From Desulfosudaceae bacterium (GTDB lineage: Bacteria; Desulfobacterota; Desulfobacteria; Desulfobacterales; Desulfosudaceae), in NCBI GenBank assembly GCA_963674745.2, contig CAXXDV010000003.1, positions 1,152,001 through 1,216,000 of the forward strand: a stretch of DNA of 64,000 bases. Reading direction: 5' to 3'. The notes below the pieces were generated by a model, which was not told the origin of the DNA, did not search any database, and worked only from the letters and a program-made list of their open reading frames with translations. Positions 49,255 to 58,692 of this stretch are shown here, piece after piece. Position numbers and translations under genes: made by a program. Numbering within the stretch: the first letter of the stretch is position 1; the number at the start of each line of letters is the position of its first letter.

Positions 49255-50973
49255 ATGGCTGATCGCTTTGAAGAGATTCGGAAGGCTAGAAGAAAAGTCA
49301 TCAAACACACGCGCTGCCGGTTTGAGAAAACCCTTGAAAGCTACCCTGTGCATGATCTTTCCGTAAAGGGCTTTTCTTTTTTATGCGACAGGGAAAAGTG
49401 CTTTTTTGACAAGAATCGGTCGTTAAACGAAATTCTTTTCTTTGATGCTGATGGCAATAAAATCATTGAAGCATCAGGAACCGTCGTTTACACCAAAACG
49501 TTCGATCAGAGCACCGTAAAGGTCGGCGCATCATTTGTATCCACTAAAATTGTTCACTCCATTCTGGGTAAGATAAGAACCACCCGTTATGTCCCTACCA
49601 TCCAGATGGATGCCGCAGTTCAAAACAGTGAAAACGGTTCTAAAGCCCATTTCAAGGGTTTTGTTGCCGATTATACCCCGTCTTCAACCCGGCTGACGTT
49701 TCCCGAAGACCGGCCCCGTGACCTTGAACTGGGTGATCTGGTTCAACTGAAGATTGAGTCAATGGGGAATGTCCTGCTGGAAGATACGGCCAATGTCATT
49801 CGCAAAAAATCAGACGGTTCCGAGCTGATCCTTCAGTTTTCAAAGAAATTCCTGGATGTCCCCAATATTGAAAGCATTTCCGAGTCTTTAAAAGACGCAA
49901 AAGAGACCCGGGAATACCTGGCCGGTTTAGATGATTACGATGCCGTCTCGGATTCGTTCAAGGCCCTGGTATCAGACTGGCGGATGTATATGACGCGTCT
50001 GAAACAGCGGCTTGACGACGAGAATTTAAAAAGCCGGTACCGGGATCATCATGAGCAGATTCATTTTTTGAAAAGCATTGAACAGGCGGTTATGGAAGAC
50101 ATGTACGGCTACATTCAAAAGCTGAACCATTTTGCAGACAGCCTGGACAAGACACAAAGTGGTTATTTCAAAAAATATTTCCGGGAAAACATGGAACCTT
50201 TTTTAAGGTCGTCACCGTTTGTCGCATCGGTTATTGATAAAGACAGGGGGTATGCCGGAAATTTTGAAATTATCAAACAGTTTTTCGACGACGACCCCTA
50301 CAAGGGCGACACCCTTTTCGCCAAAATGATCAATTGCCTGGCCTTGAGCCTTGACGCGGTCACAGCCCATCAGGACCGGATCAATTTTTTGTATGACAAT
50401 CTGATCGCCATGTATGAACAGACTGAAAAACCGTTCTCATTTTTTGTCCTGGGGTCGGGCCCCGGGGAAGAGATCCTGCGGTTTGTTGACCAAACACCGT
50501 TTACGCCGGAAAAACCGGTCCACGCGGCACTGCTTGATATGGATGCCTTTGCCCTGGTTGATTTTAAAGATCATATTCAGTATCTGGATATCAACCATTT
50601 CGAGCTGACCACGCTGAACCATAACCTTCTGAGCATTATTGCCGGCCGCGGAAAAGACCCGGTAGATACGAAATTTTCACTCACCTATTGTGCCGGTATG
50701 TTCGACTATTTTTCACTGAAAGTCTGCAAACGGATTATCCGTTACATGATCAAACATACCCAGCCGGGAGGTGTCGTCATTGTGACCAATGTCCATAAAA
50801 ATTGTTTTTCAAGAGCATTCATGGATTACGGCGGCGAATGGGAACTGGTACTTCGTGATGAGAAGGATATGGTCAGCATTGTGCCTGAAGGCCTTGCCCA
50901 TGATATTTTCCGTGATGAAAACGGCGCCAACATGTATATGAAGATATTTGTACCCGGTTCATTTTCTGACTAG
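49255..50973 (+). CDS. PilZ-like N-terminus fused to a PhcB-like class I SAM methyltransferase
   Basis: RKARR...DLSVKG (PilZ RxxxR, DxSxxG); RGYAGNFE, TAHQDR, LGSGPGEE, YCAGMFDY, PGG...TN, EWELVLR. Confidence 0.72.
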   Translation: MADRFEEIRKARRKVIKHTRCRFEKTLESYPVHDLSVKGFSFLCDREKCFFDKNRSLNEILFFDADGNKIIEASGTVVYTKTFDQSTVKVGASFVSTKIVHSILGKIRTTRYVPTIQMDAAVQNSENGSKAHFKGFVADYTPSSTRLTFPEDRPRDLELGDLVQLKIESMGNVLLEDTANVIRKKSDGSELILQFSKKFLDVPNIESISESLKDAKETREYLAGLDDYDAVSDSFKALVSDWRMYMTRLKQRLDDENLKSRYRDHHEQIHFLKSIEQAVMEDMYGYIQKLNHFADSLDKTQSGYFKKYFRENMEPFLRSSPFVASVIDKDRGYAGNFEIIKQFFDDDPYKGDTLFAKMINCLALSLDAVTAHQDRINFLYDNLIAMYEQTEKPFSFFVLGSGPGEEILRFVDQTPFTPEKPVHAALLDMDAFALVDFKDHIQYLDINHFELTTLNHNLLSIIAGRGKDPVDTKFSLTYCAGMFDYFSLKVCKRIIRYMIKHTQPGGVVIVTNVHKNCFSRAFMDYGGEWELVLRDEKDMVSIVPEGLAHDIFRDENGANMYMKIFVPGSFSD

Positions 50974-51118
50974 CGTCCTGGCCGGGCACAGCCTGAACCA
51001 ATCCGGCAAGTAACATAAAAAGGTTTTAAAGTTTTAGGTTTTAGGGTTTTAAACGGCCCTTTTTTAATGGCTGCCACGGGAGTCAGGGGCTCTACGGGCC
51101 GAAGAGATCGTTTATGAA

Positions 51119-51531
51119 CGCCCCTGTGCCTGCCCTGATGAACGACAACCACAGGGGGTTGCCCCTACAGGCCGTGGTATGCGTTCATGAAATCGTTATG
51201 TGCGTTCATGAAATCGAGGTCTGCGTTCATTAATATTGTAGGGGCAGGCCCCCGTGCCTGCCCTGATGAAGGGCAACCACAGGGGGTTGCCCCTACAGGC
51301 CGTGGTATGCGTTCATGAAATCGTTGTGTGCGTTCATGAAATCGAGGTATGCGTTCATTAATATTGTAGGGGCAGGCCCCCGTGCCTGTCCAGGTGAAGG
51401 GCAACCACAGGGGGTTGCCCCTACAGTCCGTGGTATGCGTTCATGAAATCGAGACATGCGTTCATTAATATTGTAGGGGCAGGCCCCCGTGCCTGTCCAG
51501 GTGAAGGGCAACCACAGGGGGTTGCCCCTAC
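51119..51531. repeat. REP array with 128-bp and 107-bp units
   Basis: Spacers contain three or two copies of a ~21-bp GGTATGCGTTCATGAAATCG module. Confidence 0.9.
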
Positions 51532-51566
51532 AGGCGGACCTTATCTGTTACTGCTCGTGTATCAAA

Positions 51567-51596
51567 TTGACAGCCGGAATCATTCCATCCTATAAT
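51567..51596 (+). promoter_or_regulatory. Consensus sigma70 promoter
   Basis: TTGACA-N18-TATAAT upstream of the TPR/LpoB operon. Confidence 0.65.
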
Positions 51597-51678
51597 AGAA
51601 GTTATTGCAGGTTTTCGATGACATTCCACCTGCGCGTTTTTTCATACATCACCAGATGAATATTTTCAGGAGGGAGCC

Positions 51679-52206
51679 ATGAAACGCTCTATTGTAACCC
51701 AGGTCTTACCTATCTTTTTAGCGGTCTGTCTGATCCCCGCAGCGGGATTCTGCGAAGATGTCAATATTAAAAAAGACACGGATATTACCATCAGACACAC
51801 CCGCAGTGTTGAAGGCGTGGCCGATGAAGTCATCAAGATGAAAGACTTTGACTTTGAACTGCAGCAGCGGGAAAGAGACCGCATGAAACAGTGGAATATT
51901 GAAGATTCCACCGAGGCGGTCAAGGTGGGTGATGTCTATTATGGGAAAGGCGAACTGGAAGACGCCATTGCGTTTTACCGCATCGCTATCAAGATCGATC
52001 CCGCCAATACGGAGGCGCATGAAAAATACGCTTCCGCCCGACAAGAGGAAAGTGAACAGGTCAGCACTCACTACTATCAGGCAATGGAGTATTACCGTAA
52101 GGGGATGAATGAAAAAGCCATCGATGAGCTGATCGCCGAACTCAAGGAAAATCCAGACAACGAGGAAGCCAGGATTAAGCTAAACGAAATTGAAAGTGGA
52201 CAATAA
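51679..52206 (+). CDS. Exported TPR protein
   Basis: Signal peptide; GDVYYGKGELEDAIAFYRIAIKIDP, YYRKG..EKAIDEL..ELKENPDN. Confidence 0.8.
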   Translation: MKRSIVTQVLPIFLAVCLIPAAGFCEDVNIKKDTDITIRHTRSVEGVADEVIKMKDFDFELQQRERDRMKQWNIEDSTEAVKVGDVYYGKGELEDAIAFYRIAIKIDPANTEAHEKYASARQEESEQVSTHYYQAMEYYRKGMNEKAIDELIAELKENPDNEEARIKLNEIESGQ

Positions 52207-52217
52207 GGAGGCAGGTT

Positions 52218-52838
52218 ATGTTCCGGAACGTTTTTTCCAAAAGCATGTTTTTTATTTTTCTGACCGTTTTGGTCGCGTCATTAGCGGGATGCCGGGCAAC
52301 CACCCGTGACTATTCACCGGATGACGTTGTTCATTATGATGAAGGTTATGATTTTTCCGATAAGAACGCTATTGTCGATTACCTGGTGTCTTCCCTGGTT
52401 TCCAAGCCGCCGCTTGTATCTCGTTATGACCGGCCGGTAATGATTGTGTACGGGGTGGCCAATCGTACCTCGGAACACATTGAAACCAGCGGTATTACCG
52501 ATGATATCCGAATGAAAATTCTTCAGTCCGGCAAAGCCCGGTTTGTTAACAAGGTTCAACGGGACAATATTGCCGAAGAAACGGCATACCAGTACGGTGG
52601 TAATGTCAGTCCGGAAACCCGTCTTCAGCGGGCCCGGCAGATCGGGGCGGAATACATGCTCTCCGGCACCCTGCGTTCCATCAAAAAGAAGCAACCCAAG
52701 CAGGTGCGGCTGAAAAAGAAAACCCTTCAATATTACAGTCTGACCCTGGAGCTTACGGACCTGCAGTCCGGTCTGATCGAATGGACGGATAACGCGGAAA
52801 TCGTCCGGGAATCTTCAAAACCGTTCATCGGCTGGTAA
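52218..52838 (+). CDS. lpoB: Penicillin-binding protein activator LpoB family lipoprotein
   Basis: LAGC lipobox, VANRTSEHI.T..ITD.I, GA.Y.L.G.L.SI, L.DL.SG.IEW. Confidence 0.8.
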   Translation: MFRNVFSKSMFFIFLTVLVASLAGCRATTRDYSPDDVVHYDEGYDFSDKNAIVDYLVSSLVSKPPLVSRYDRPVMIVYGVANRTSEHIETSGITDDIRMKILQSGKARFVNKVQRDNIAEETAYQYGGNVSPETRLQRARQIGAEYMLSGTLRSIKKKQPKQVRLKKKTLQYYSLTLELTDLQSGLIEWTDNAEIVRESSKPFIGW

Positions 52839-52857
52839 CAGCCGGTCGAAATGACGC

Positions 52858-54072
52858 ATGCCTGACATGACCAGATCTTCCGGTACCAACCGGCAACACA
52901 GAATTTTTGTCCGCTGGATCTGTTTCCTGCTGATGGGTGCCGGCCTGGCGCTTTGCGGATGCACTTCTTCCAATCTGACCCTGGCCCGGAACGCTTTTTA
53001 CAGCGGTGATGTCGTCATGGCATCACAGGCGCTGGACGAGCCGGAGAAGGTCGGCTCCCGGGACCGGCTTCTTTATTTTATGGAAAAAGGGACCATTCTG
53101 CATTACGGCGGTGATTATGAAGGCAGTGCGGCTATTTTTCTCCAGGCCGCCGCCTTGATCACAGAACAGGAGGTGATCAGTGCCACCCGGCAGGCCGCCT
53201 CCATGGTGACAACCGAGTGGCTGACAAAGTACAAAGGCGAATATGTCGAACGGCTTTTTGTCCATACGTTCCAGATGATGAATTATCTGCTGCTGGGTAA
53301 GCATGAAAGTGCCCTGGTCGAAGCCAAGCAGGCGCTGGAAGTTTACGACACTTATCCCGAAGCCTGCGACGGCGATTATTTCACAAGGGCTCTGATCGCG
53401 CATTGTTTTGAAGCCCTGGACGAAATAAACGGGGCCTATATTGAATATAAGAAACTGGCTGAACTGATGGGGAATCCAGCGCCTGTGGCTGATAAACTCT
53501 GTCAACTGGCCAACCGGCTGGGTTTTTACGATGAAGTTGAGCATTTCAGCCAGTTTCTGCCGGACAAAAATGAAGAAAAGAGAGAAAGGCCGATCGGTGA
53601 AAGGCTGATATTTTTAAGCCGGGGCAGAGCACCGGTGAAAATTCCGCATGATATTATTCTGCCCGAATCCATTCGCTTTTCTTTTTCCACCTATGAGAAC
53701 CGGGGCGGTTATTTCCCGGGCCCGGAAATTCCGCCGTTACCGGGGATCGGGACCAGGACCCGGGTTACCACGGATGTCGGCAAGGTACTGCGCGCATCCC
53801 TGGATCAACGGCTGGCGCGGATCATCGCCAAGGAAACCGCCCGGGTGGTGGCCAAGGAAGCCATTGCCAACAACATCAATGATAGTGGTGTTGAGTCCCT
53901 GGTGCGTATTGCCTTTTTCCTGATGGAAGTGCCTGATACCCGCTGCTGGGAAACCCTGCCCGGGACCCTGACCCTGATCCGGGAGCCTGTTTTTCCGGGA
54001 GACAATGAACAGGCCGCGGACGGTCCGGATAACCCTGATCGCTTTTATCGTTATTTTTCAATCAGAAATTGA
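52858..54072 (+). CDS. COG3014-like TPR lipoprotein, typically found next to LpoB
   Basis: ALCGC lipobox, LLYFMEKG, YKGEYVE, ALVEAK, PDTRCWETLP. Confidence 0.7.
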   Translation: MPDMTRSSGTNRQHRIFVRWICFLLMGAGLALCGCTSSNLTLARNAFYSGDVVMASQALDEPEKVGSRDRLLYFMEKGTILHYGGDYEGSAAIFLQAAALITEQEVISATRQAASMVTTEWLTKYKGEYVERLFVHTFQMMNYLLLGKHESALVEAKQALEVYDTYPEACDGDYFTRALIAHCFEALDEINGAYIEYKKLAELMGNPAPVADKLCQLANRLGFYDEVEHFSQFLPDKNEEKRERPIGERLIFLSRGRAPVKIPHDIILPESIRFSFSTYENRGGYFPGPEIPPLPGIGTRTRVTTDVGKVLRASLDQRLARIIAKETARVVAKEAIANNINDSGVESLVRIAFFLMEVPDTRCWETLPGTLTLIREPVFPGDNEQAADGPDNPDRFYRYFSIRN

Positions 54073-54090
54073 TTACATTACGTTCAGGCA

Positions 54091-54627
54091 TCAGCCGAAC
54101 ACCGCAAACAGCATCCTGCCGACGGTGGTCCAGCCCGGGTCTCCTTCCACAACCTCGCCATGGGAGGTCTCGATGCCCTTGAAAATATCATCCCAGCTGT
54201 ATGGGGTATCGTTTTTTTTGTAAACAAACAACAACTTGACTTCCACCCGCATGTCCGGTTTTACCGCTCCCAAACGCATTATGGTGACACCACCTGTTTT
54301 TTCGATTTCTGTTTTCCGATCCGATTTTCCAAAGTTTTCAGCCTTGGGCATCATAGCCGCTTTTTCATAGGCATCGGTGTAAAAGAGGAGGTCAATGTCG
54401 TCCTGGATTTTTCGTCCGGTGTTTCCGATTTCTATAATGTGGCAATCCATGGTAACTGTTTCGGTCTGAACCCGGGGAAGGGTGCGATGATTATACATGG
54501 TTTCGTATGCCGGAGTGGACGCAATCCAGACACCGCAGACCAGGAAAATGATCAGCGCCGCCAGGAAAAAGAGAAACCACCTTGTCCCGAATATTTTCGA
54601 GAGTGTTTCGCTGAATATTTCAGACAT
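54091..54627 (-). CDS. Hypothetical membrane-anchored protein
   Basis: N-terminal TM helix; follows the TRAP gene on the same strand. Confidence 0.65.
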   Translation of the reverse strand: MSEIFSETLSKIFGTRWFLFFLAALIIFLVCGVWIASTPAYETMYNHRTLPRVQTETVTMDCHIIEIGNTGRKIQDDIDLLFYTDAYEKAAMMPKAENFGKSDRKTEIEKTGGVTIMRLGAVKPDMRVEVKLLFVYKKNDTPYSWDDIFKGIETSHGEVVEGDPGWTTVGRMLFAVFG

Positions 54628-54664
54628 GGCACACCATTTAAAAACTTTCGTTTTTTAAGGGCGG

Positions 54665-56713
54665 TCAAGCGGCCTGCCGGTCCGCCTGGTATCTTCTTAT
54701 GGCCTGGTTGACGATAATTAAAACATATATCAATATACCCACAAAGAACATATCATATTTTTGAGCTTGATCGTAGTGGATGGCAGCGGCTACTGCCCCG
54801 GGATAAAAGAGCGTAAATGAGGCGGCCAGAAAAAAAGGGATTTCATAAAGCCTGTTTTTTGTCAGGCACCAGCCCTGGACCGCGTTTTCAAAAGCGGCAA
54901 TACCGATCAGCGCCATGGCGAATAATAGCAGTGCATGGGGCCAGGAGTTGATACCGTGCAGAATCAGTTCCGGGTTAAAGACAAACAGAAAAGCGATAAC
55001 CGAAGTCCTGATATCGTATAAAAAACCCTGAATGCCGGTCTGGACGGGGTCGGATCCGGCTATGGCGGCGGCAGTATAGGCGGCCAGCCCCACGGGCGGG
55101 GTGTCATCGGCCAAAATGCCAAAGTAGAAGCAGAACAGATGCGCGGCCAGGATCGGGATGGCGAAATTGTACAATGCCCCGACCTGGACGATAATCGGTG
55201 CCGTCAGGGCGGCCATGACGATATAGGTGGCGGTGGTCGGCAGACCCATGCCGATCAAAAGGCTGGCAACGGCCGTTATCAGCAGCAGAAGAAAGATGTT
55301 GCCCATGGCAAGGGTTTCCACGATACCGGAGATCATGCCGCCGATGCCCATGTTGACCACGCCGACAATAATCCCGGCCGCGGCACAGGCCAGGGCTACG
55401 GCAATCATGTTGCGGGAACCGATGACCATTCCATCTATGATCAACCGGGCAGCACGTATAAAAGCCATCCTGAAGTCATCTTTGTTTTGCCGGGCGGTCC
55501 TGATCTCCTGGTAAACAATGATGAAAAAAAGAACCATGATGGCTCTGAAAGCCGCCATTTCCGGTGAATGGCGCATCACGACCAGTTCGTACAGAAGCAT
55601 AGCGATGGGAACAAGGTAATGAAGGCCTTTTTTTAAAGTGGGTAGAAAATCCGGAAGATCCTCTTTTGGCATGCCGAAGATGCCGAGTTTGGATGCTTCC
55701 AGGTGGCTGATGCAGAACAGGCCGAAATACGAGACAAAAGCCGGAATGGCGGCTGCCTTTATCACTTCCATGTAGGGCAGGTGGACATACTCGGCAATAA
55801 TAAAAGCGGCCGCGCCCATGATGGGCGGCATTAACTGGCCATCCGAACTGGCGGCCACTTCTATGGCGGCGGCTTTTTTGGCCGGATAACCGATGCGCTT
55901 CATCAACGGTATGGTAAACGGTCCGGTGGTAACGATATTGGCGATGCTTGAACCGGATATCATTCCGGTGGCACCACTTGAAACGACGGCCGCCTTGGCG
56001 GCTCCGCCCTTATATCGGCCCAGCAGGGACAGGGAGAGATTGGAAAAAAACCGACCGGCCCCGGCTTTATCCAGCAGCGCGCCGAGAAGAACGAACAGGT
56101 AAACAATGGAGGCCGATACCTCCAGGGGAATACCGAAAATGCCTTCGGTGGAAAGCGAGATATTGCTGATGTATTTTCTGACGGAGACGCCTTTAAAAGC
56201 GAAAATGTCCGGCATATGCTGCCCGGCAAAGGCGTACAGGGTAAAGAGGATCGCGATCACGGAAAGGGCCGGGCCGATGATGCGCCTGGCCGCTTCCAGC
56301 AGAAGCACGACCAGGGTGATGCCGGCTGTCAGGTCAAGTGCGTTCGGGATACCGGCCCGGGTGGCAATATTTTCATAATTGATGGACAGGTAAAGGGCGG
56401 ATATGGCACCGGCCGCCGCCAGAATATAGTCAATTACGGGAATACGATCGGATATGGAAAGAACCCCGGGCAATTTTTTCCGGCGTTTAAGGGCGGGGCT
56501 AAGGAGAAAAAGCAAGGCCATGGCGAAGGCCAGGTGGATCGATCTTGCCATGGTGCTGTCCAGCACCAGAAAACCGGCCAGGACCAGTTGAAAAACCGCC
56601 CAGGAGACAGCGATGGCGGCAATGAAAAACGATTCAAAATCCCGCGGGTTTCTGAATATGTCCGTTTGTTTATTTTCGATTTTTGCAGAAATACCGTCAG
56701 CGTTATTTTGCAT
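54665..56713 (-). CDS. TRAP transporter 4TM/12TM fusion permease
   Basis: GIFGIPL, GGAAKAAVVSS, SGSSIAN.VTTG, GQLMPPIMGAAAF, GMGLPTTATY, TPPVGLAAY. Confidence 0.93.
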   Translation of the reverse strand: MQNNADGISAKIENKQTDIFRNPRDFESFFIAAIAVSWAVFQLVLAGFLVLDSTMARSIHLAFAMALLFLLSPALKRRKKLPGVLSISDRIPVIDYILAAAGAISALYLSINYENIATRAGIPNALDLTAGITLVVLLLEAARRIIGPALSVIAILFTLYAFAGQHMPDIFAFKGVSVRKYISNISLSTEGIFGIPLEVSASIVYLFVLLGALLDKAGAGRFFSNLSLSLLGRYKGGAAKAAVVSSGATGMISGSSIANIVTTGPFTIPLMKRIGYPAKKAAAIEVAASSDGQLMPPIMGAAAFIIAEYVHLPYMEVIKAAAIPAFVSYFGLFCISHLEASKLGIFGMPKEDLPDFLPTLKKGLHYLVPIAMLLYELVVMRHSPEMAAFRAIMVLFFIIVYQEIRTARQNKDDFRMAFIRAARLIIDGMVIGSRNMIAVALACAAAGIIVGVVNMGIGGMISGIVETLAMGNIFLLLLITAVASLLIGMGLPTTATYIVMAALTAPIIVQVGALYNFAIPILAAHLFCFYFGILADDTPPVGLAAYTAAAIAGSDPVQTGIQGFLYDIRTSVIAFLFVFNPELILHGINSWPHALLLFAMALIGIAAFENAVQGWCLTKNRLYEIPFFLAASFTLFYPGAVAAAIHYDQAQKYDMFFVGILIYVLIIVNQAIRRYQADRQAA

Positions 56714-56807
56714 AATAAGGCATATAGCACACTATTCCCGAAAACTACAGGGGCACGGCACTCCGTGCCCGCCCCTACGGATGTGTTGCCGGCCGTTCAT
56801 TGATATT

Positions 56808-57508
56808 GTAGGGGCAGGCCCCCGTGCCTGCCCTGATGAAGGGCAACCACAGGGGGTTGCCCCTACGGCCCGGGGTATGCGTTCATGAAATCGTGGTATG
56901 CGCTCTTTAATAATGTAGGGGCAGGCCCCCGTGCCTGCCCTGATGAAGGGCAACCACAGGGGGTTGCCCCTACGGCCCGGGGTATGCGTTCATGAAATCG
57001 TGGTATGCGTTCTTTAATAATGTAGGGGCAGGCCCCCGTGCCTGCCCTGATGAAGGGCAACCACAGGGGGTTGCCCCTACGGCCCGGGGTATGCGTTCAT
57101 GAAATCGTGGTATGCGTTCTTTAATAATGTAGGGGCAGGCCCCCGTGCCTGCCCTGATGAAGGGCAACCACAGGGGGTTGCCCCTACGGCCCGGGGTATG
57201 CGTTCATGAAATCGTGGTATGCGTTCTTTAATAATGTAGGGGCAGGCCCCCGTGCCTGCCCTGATGAAGGGCAACCACAGGGGGTTGCCCCTACGGCCCG
57301 GGGTATGCGTTCATGAAATCGTGGTATGCGCTCTTTAATAATGTAGGGGCAGGCCCCCGTGCCTGCCCTGATGAAGGGCAACCACAGGGGGTTGCCCCTA
57401 CGGCCCGGGGTATGCGTTCATGAAATCGTGGTATACGTTCTTTAATAATGTAGGGGCAGGCCCCCGTGCCTGCCCTGATGAAGGGCAACCACAGGGGGTT
57501 GCCCCTAC
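56808..57508. repeat. Near-perfect REP tandem array, 107-bp period x7
   Basis: GTAGGGGCAGG at 56808, 56915, 57022, 57129, 57236, 57343, 57450; spacers differ by only 1-2 bases. Confidence 0.95.
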
Positions 57509-57598
57509 GGGCCGGGGTGATCGTTTATGGATATTACCGGATGCTCATACGGATATTGTAAGGGCAGGTCACCCGTGCCGTGCCCGATAAACGATTTT

Positions 57599-58594
57599 CT
57601 ATTTTACCAGGGCGGGTTTGATATGTTTTATCAGATCCGCTTCCCGATAATATTTAAGTGCGCCCTTGTGAACTGGGGCGGAAAGCCCTTTGAGCATATC
57701 CTTTTTAGTGAGCGTGGAAAATGCGGGATGAAGCTTTTTGAATTTTTCAAAATTGTCGAAAACTTCTTTGGTAACAGCATAGACGATTTCATCCTCAACC
57801 GTTGCCGAACTGACCAGTGTCGCCTTTACCCCGATGGTCCGCACATCGCCGGGGGTTGATTTGTTCGGGTAGTCGTCGCCGGAAATGACGGATTCGGCGT
57901 AGTAGCTGTATTTTTCAAGGAGCCGGTCGATACCGGTTCCCACTATGGGGATAATATTCACCTTGATTCTGCCTGAAGTGGATTCTTTGATATTGCCGTT
58001 GGGATGGCCCACGGTATAAAAAAAAGCATCGATTTTTTCATCCTGCACAAGGCCCGGTGCTTCAACCGCTTTGACCTGTTCGGCATGGATGTCTTCCAGG
58101 TCAAGGCCGAACGCGGACAACACGTCAATGGCGTTCTGCCGCTGGCCGGATCCCGGGTTGCCGATGTTGACCCGTTTTTGTTTTAAAGCGGACACGGTTT
58201 TAATGCCGCTGTCTGCGGATACCACCAGGGTAATGGATTCGGGGTGCAACGAAAAAACCGAGCGAAGCGCTTTCTGCGGCCCGCGTTTTTCCCACTCGGC
58301 CAGGCCGTTGTAAGCCTGAAACTGACGGTCCGACTGGGCCACGCCGAACTCCAGGTCGCCGCTTAAAACCGCGTTGATATTGTAAACCGAACCGGAAGTG
58401 GATTCAACGGTTGCCTTGATGTCGTATCGGGCGGCTTTTTTATTGATCATCCTGGAGATGGCGCCGCCGGCCGGGTAATAAACCCCGGTCACGCCGCCCG
58501 TGCCGATGGTGACGAATCGTCTGGCAGAAGCCGGGACGCTGAACAGCAAACCAAGACATAATACCCATAACAGCACTGATGGTCTTTTCGTCAT
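57599..58594 (-). CDS. TAXI-family TRAP solute receptor
   Basis: IGTGGVTGVYYPAGG, STSGSVYN, AQSD, GNPGSG, PVHKGALKYYRE. Confidence 0.93.
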   Translation of the reverse strand: MTKRPSVLLWVLCLGLLFSVPASARRFVTIGTGGVTGVYYPAGGAISRMINKKAARYDIKATVESTSGSVYNINAVLSGDLEFGVAQSDRQFQAYNGLAEWEKRGPQKALRSVFSLHPESITLVVSADSGIKTVSALKQKRVNIGNPGSGQRQNAIDVLSAFGLDLEDIHAEQVKAVEAPGLVQDEKIDAFFYTVGHPNGNIKESTSGRIKVNIIPIVGTGIDRLLEKYSYYAESVISGDDYPNKSTPGDVRTIGVKATLVSSATVEDEIVYAVTKEVFDNFEKFKKLHPAFSTLTKKDMLKGLSAPVHKGALKYYREADLIKHIKPALVK

Positions 58595-58692
58595 TTTTAA
58601 ATCCTGTGCGCTGGCTTTGAAAAAAGTATTTAAAATTGAAGTTTTAAAAATAACATGGCGGTTGCCGGCGTTCAATATAAATACTTTTTTGT

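Noticed and set aside
56732..57488. Repeated small ORFs of the MPFIRAGTGACPY type (also 18137, 24520, 26960, 45289, 51165 and others)
   Set aside because: They are translations of REP arrays with no RBS or independent coding signal
56808..57508. CRISPR array interpretation of the regular repeats (also 18195, 24554, 15161)
   Set aside because: Spacers within an array are nearly identical, the repeats are ~59-bp GTAG REP doublets, and no cas genes are present
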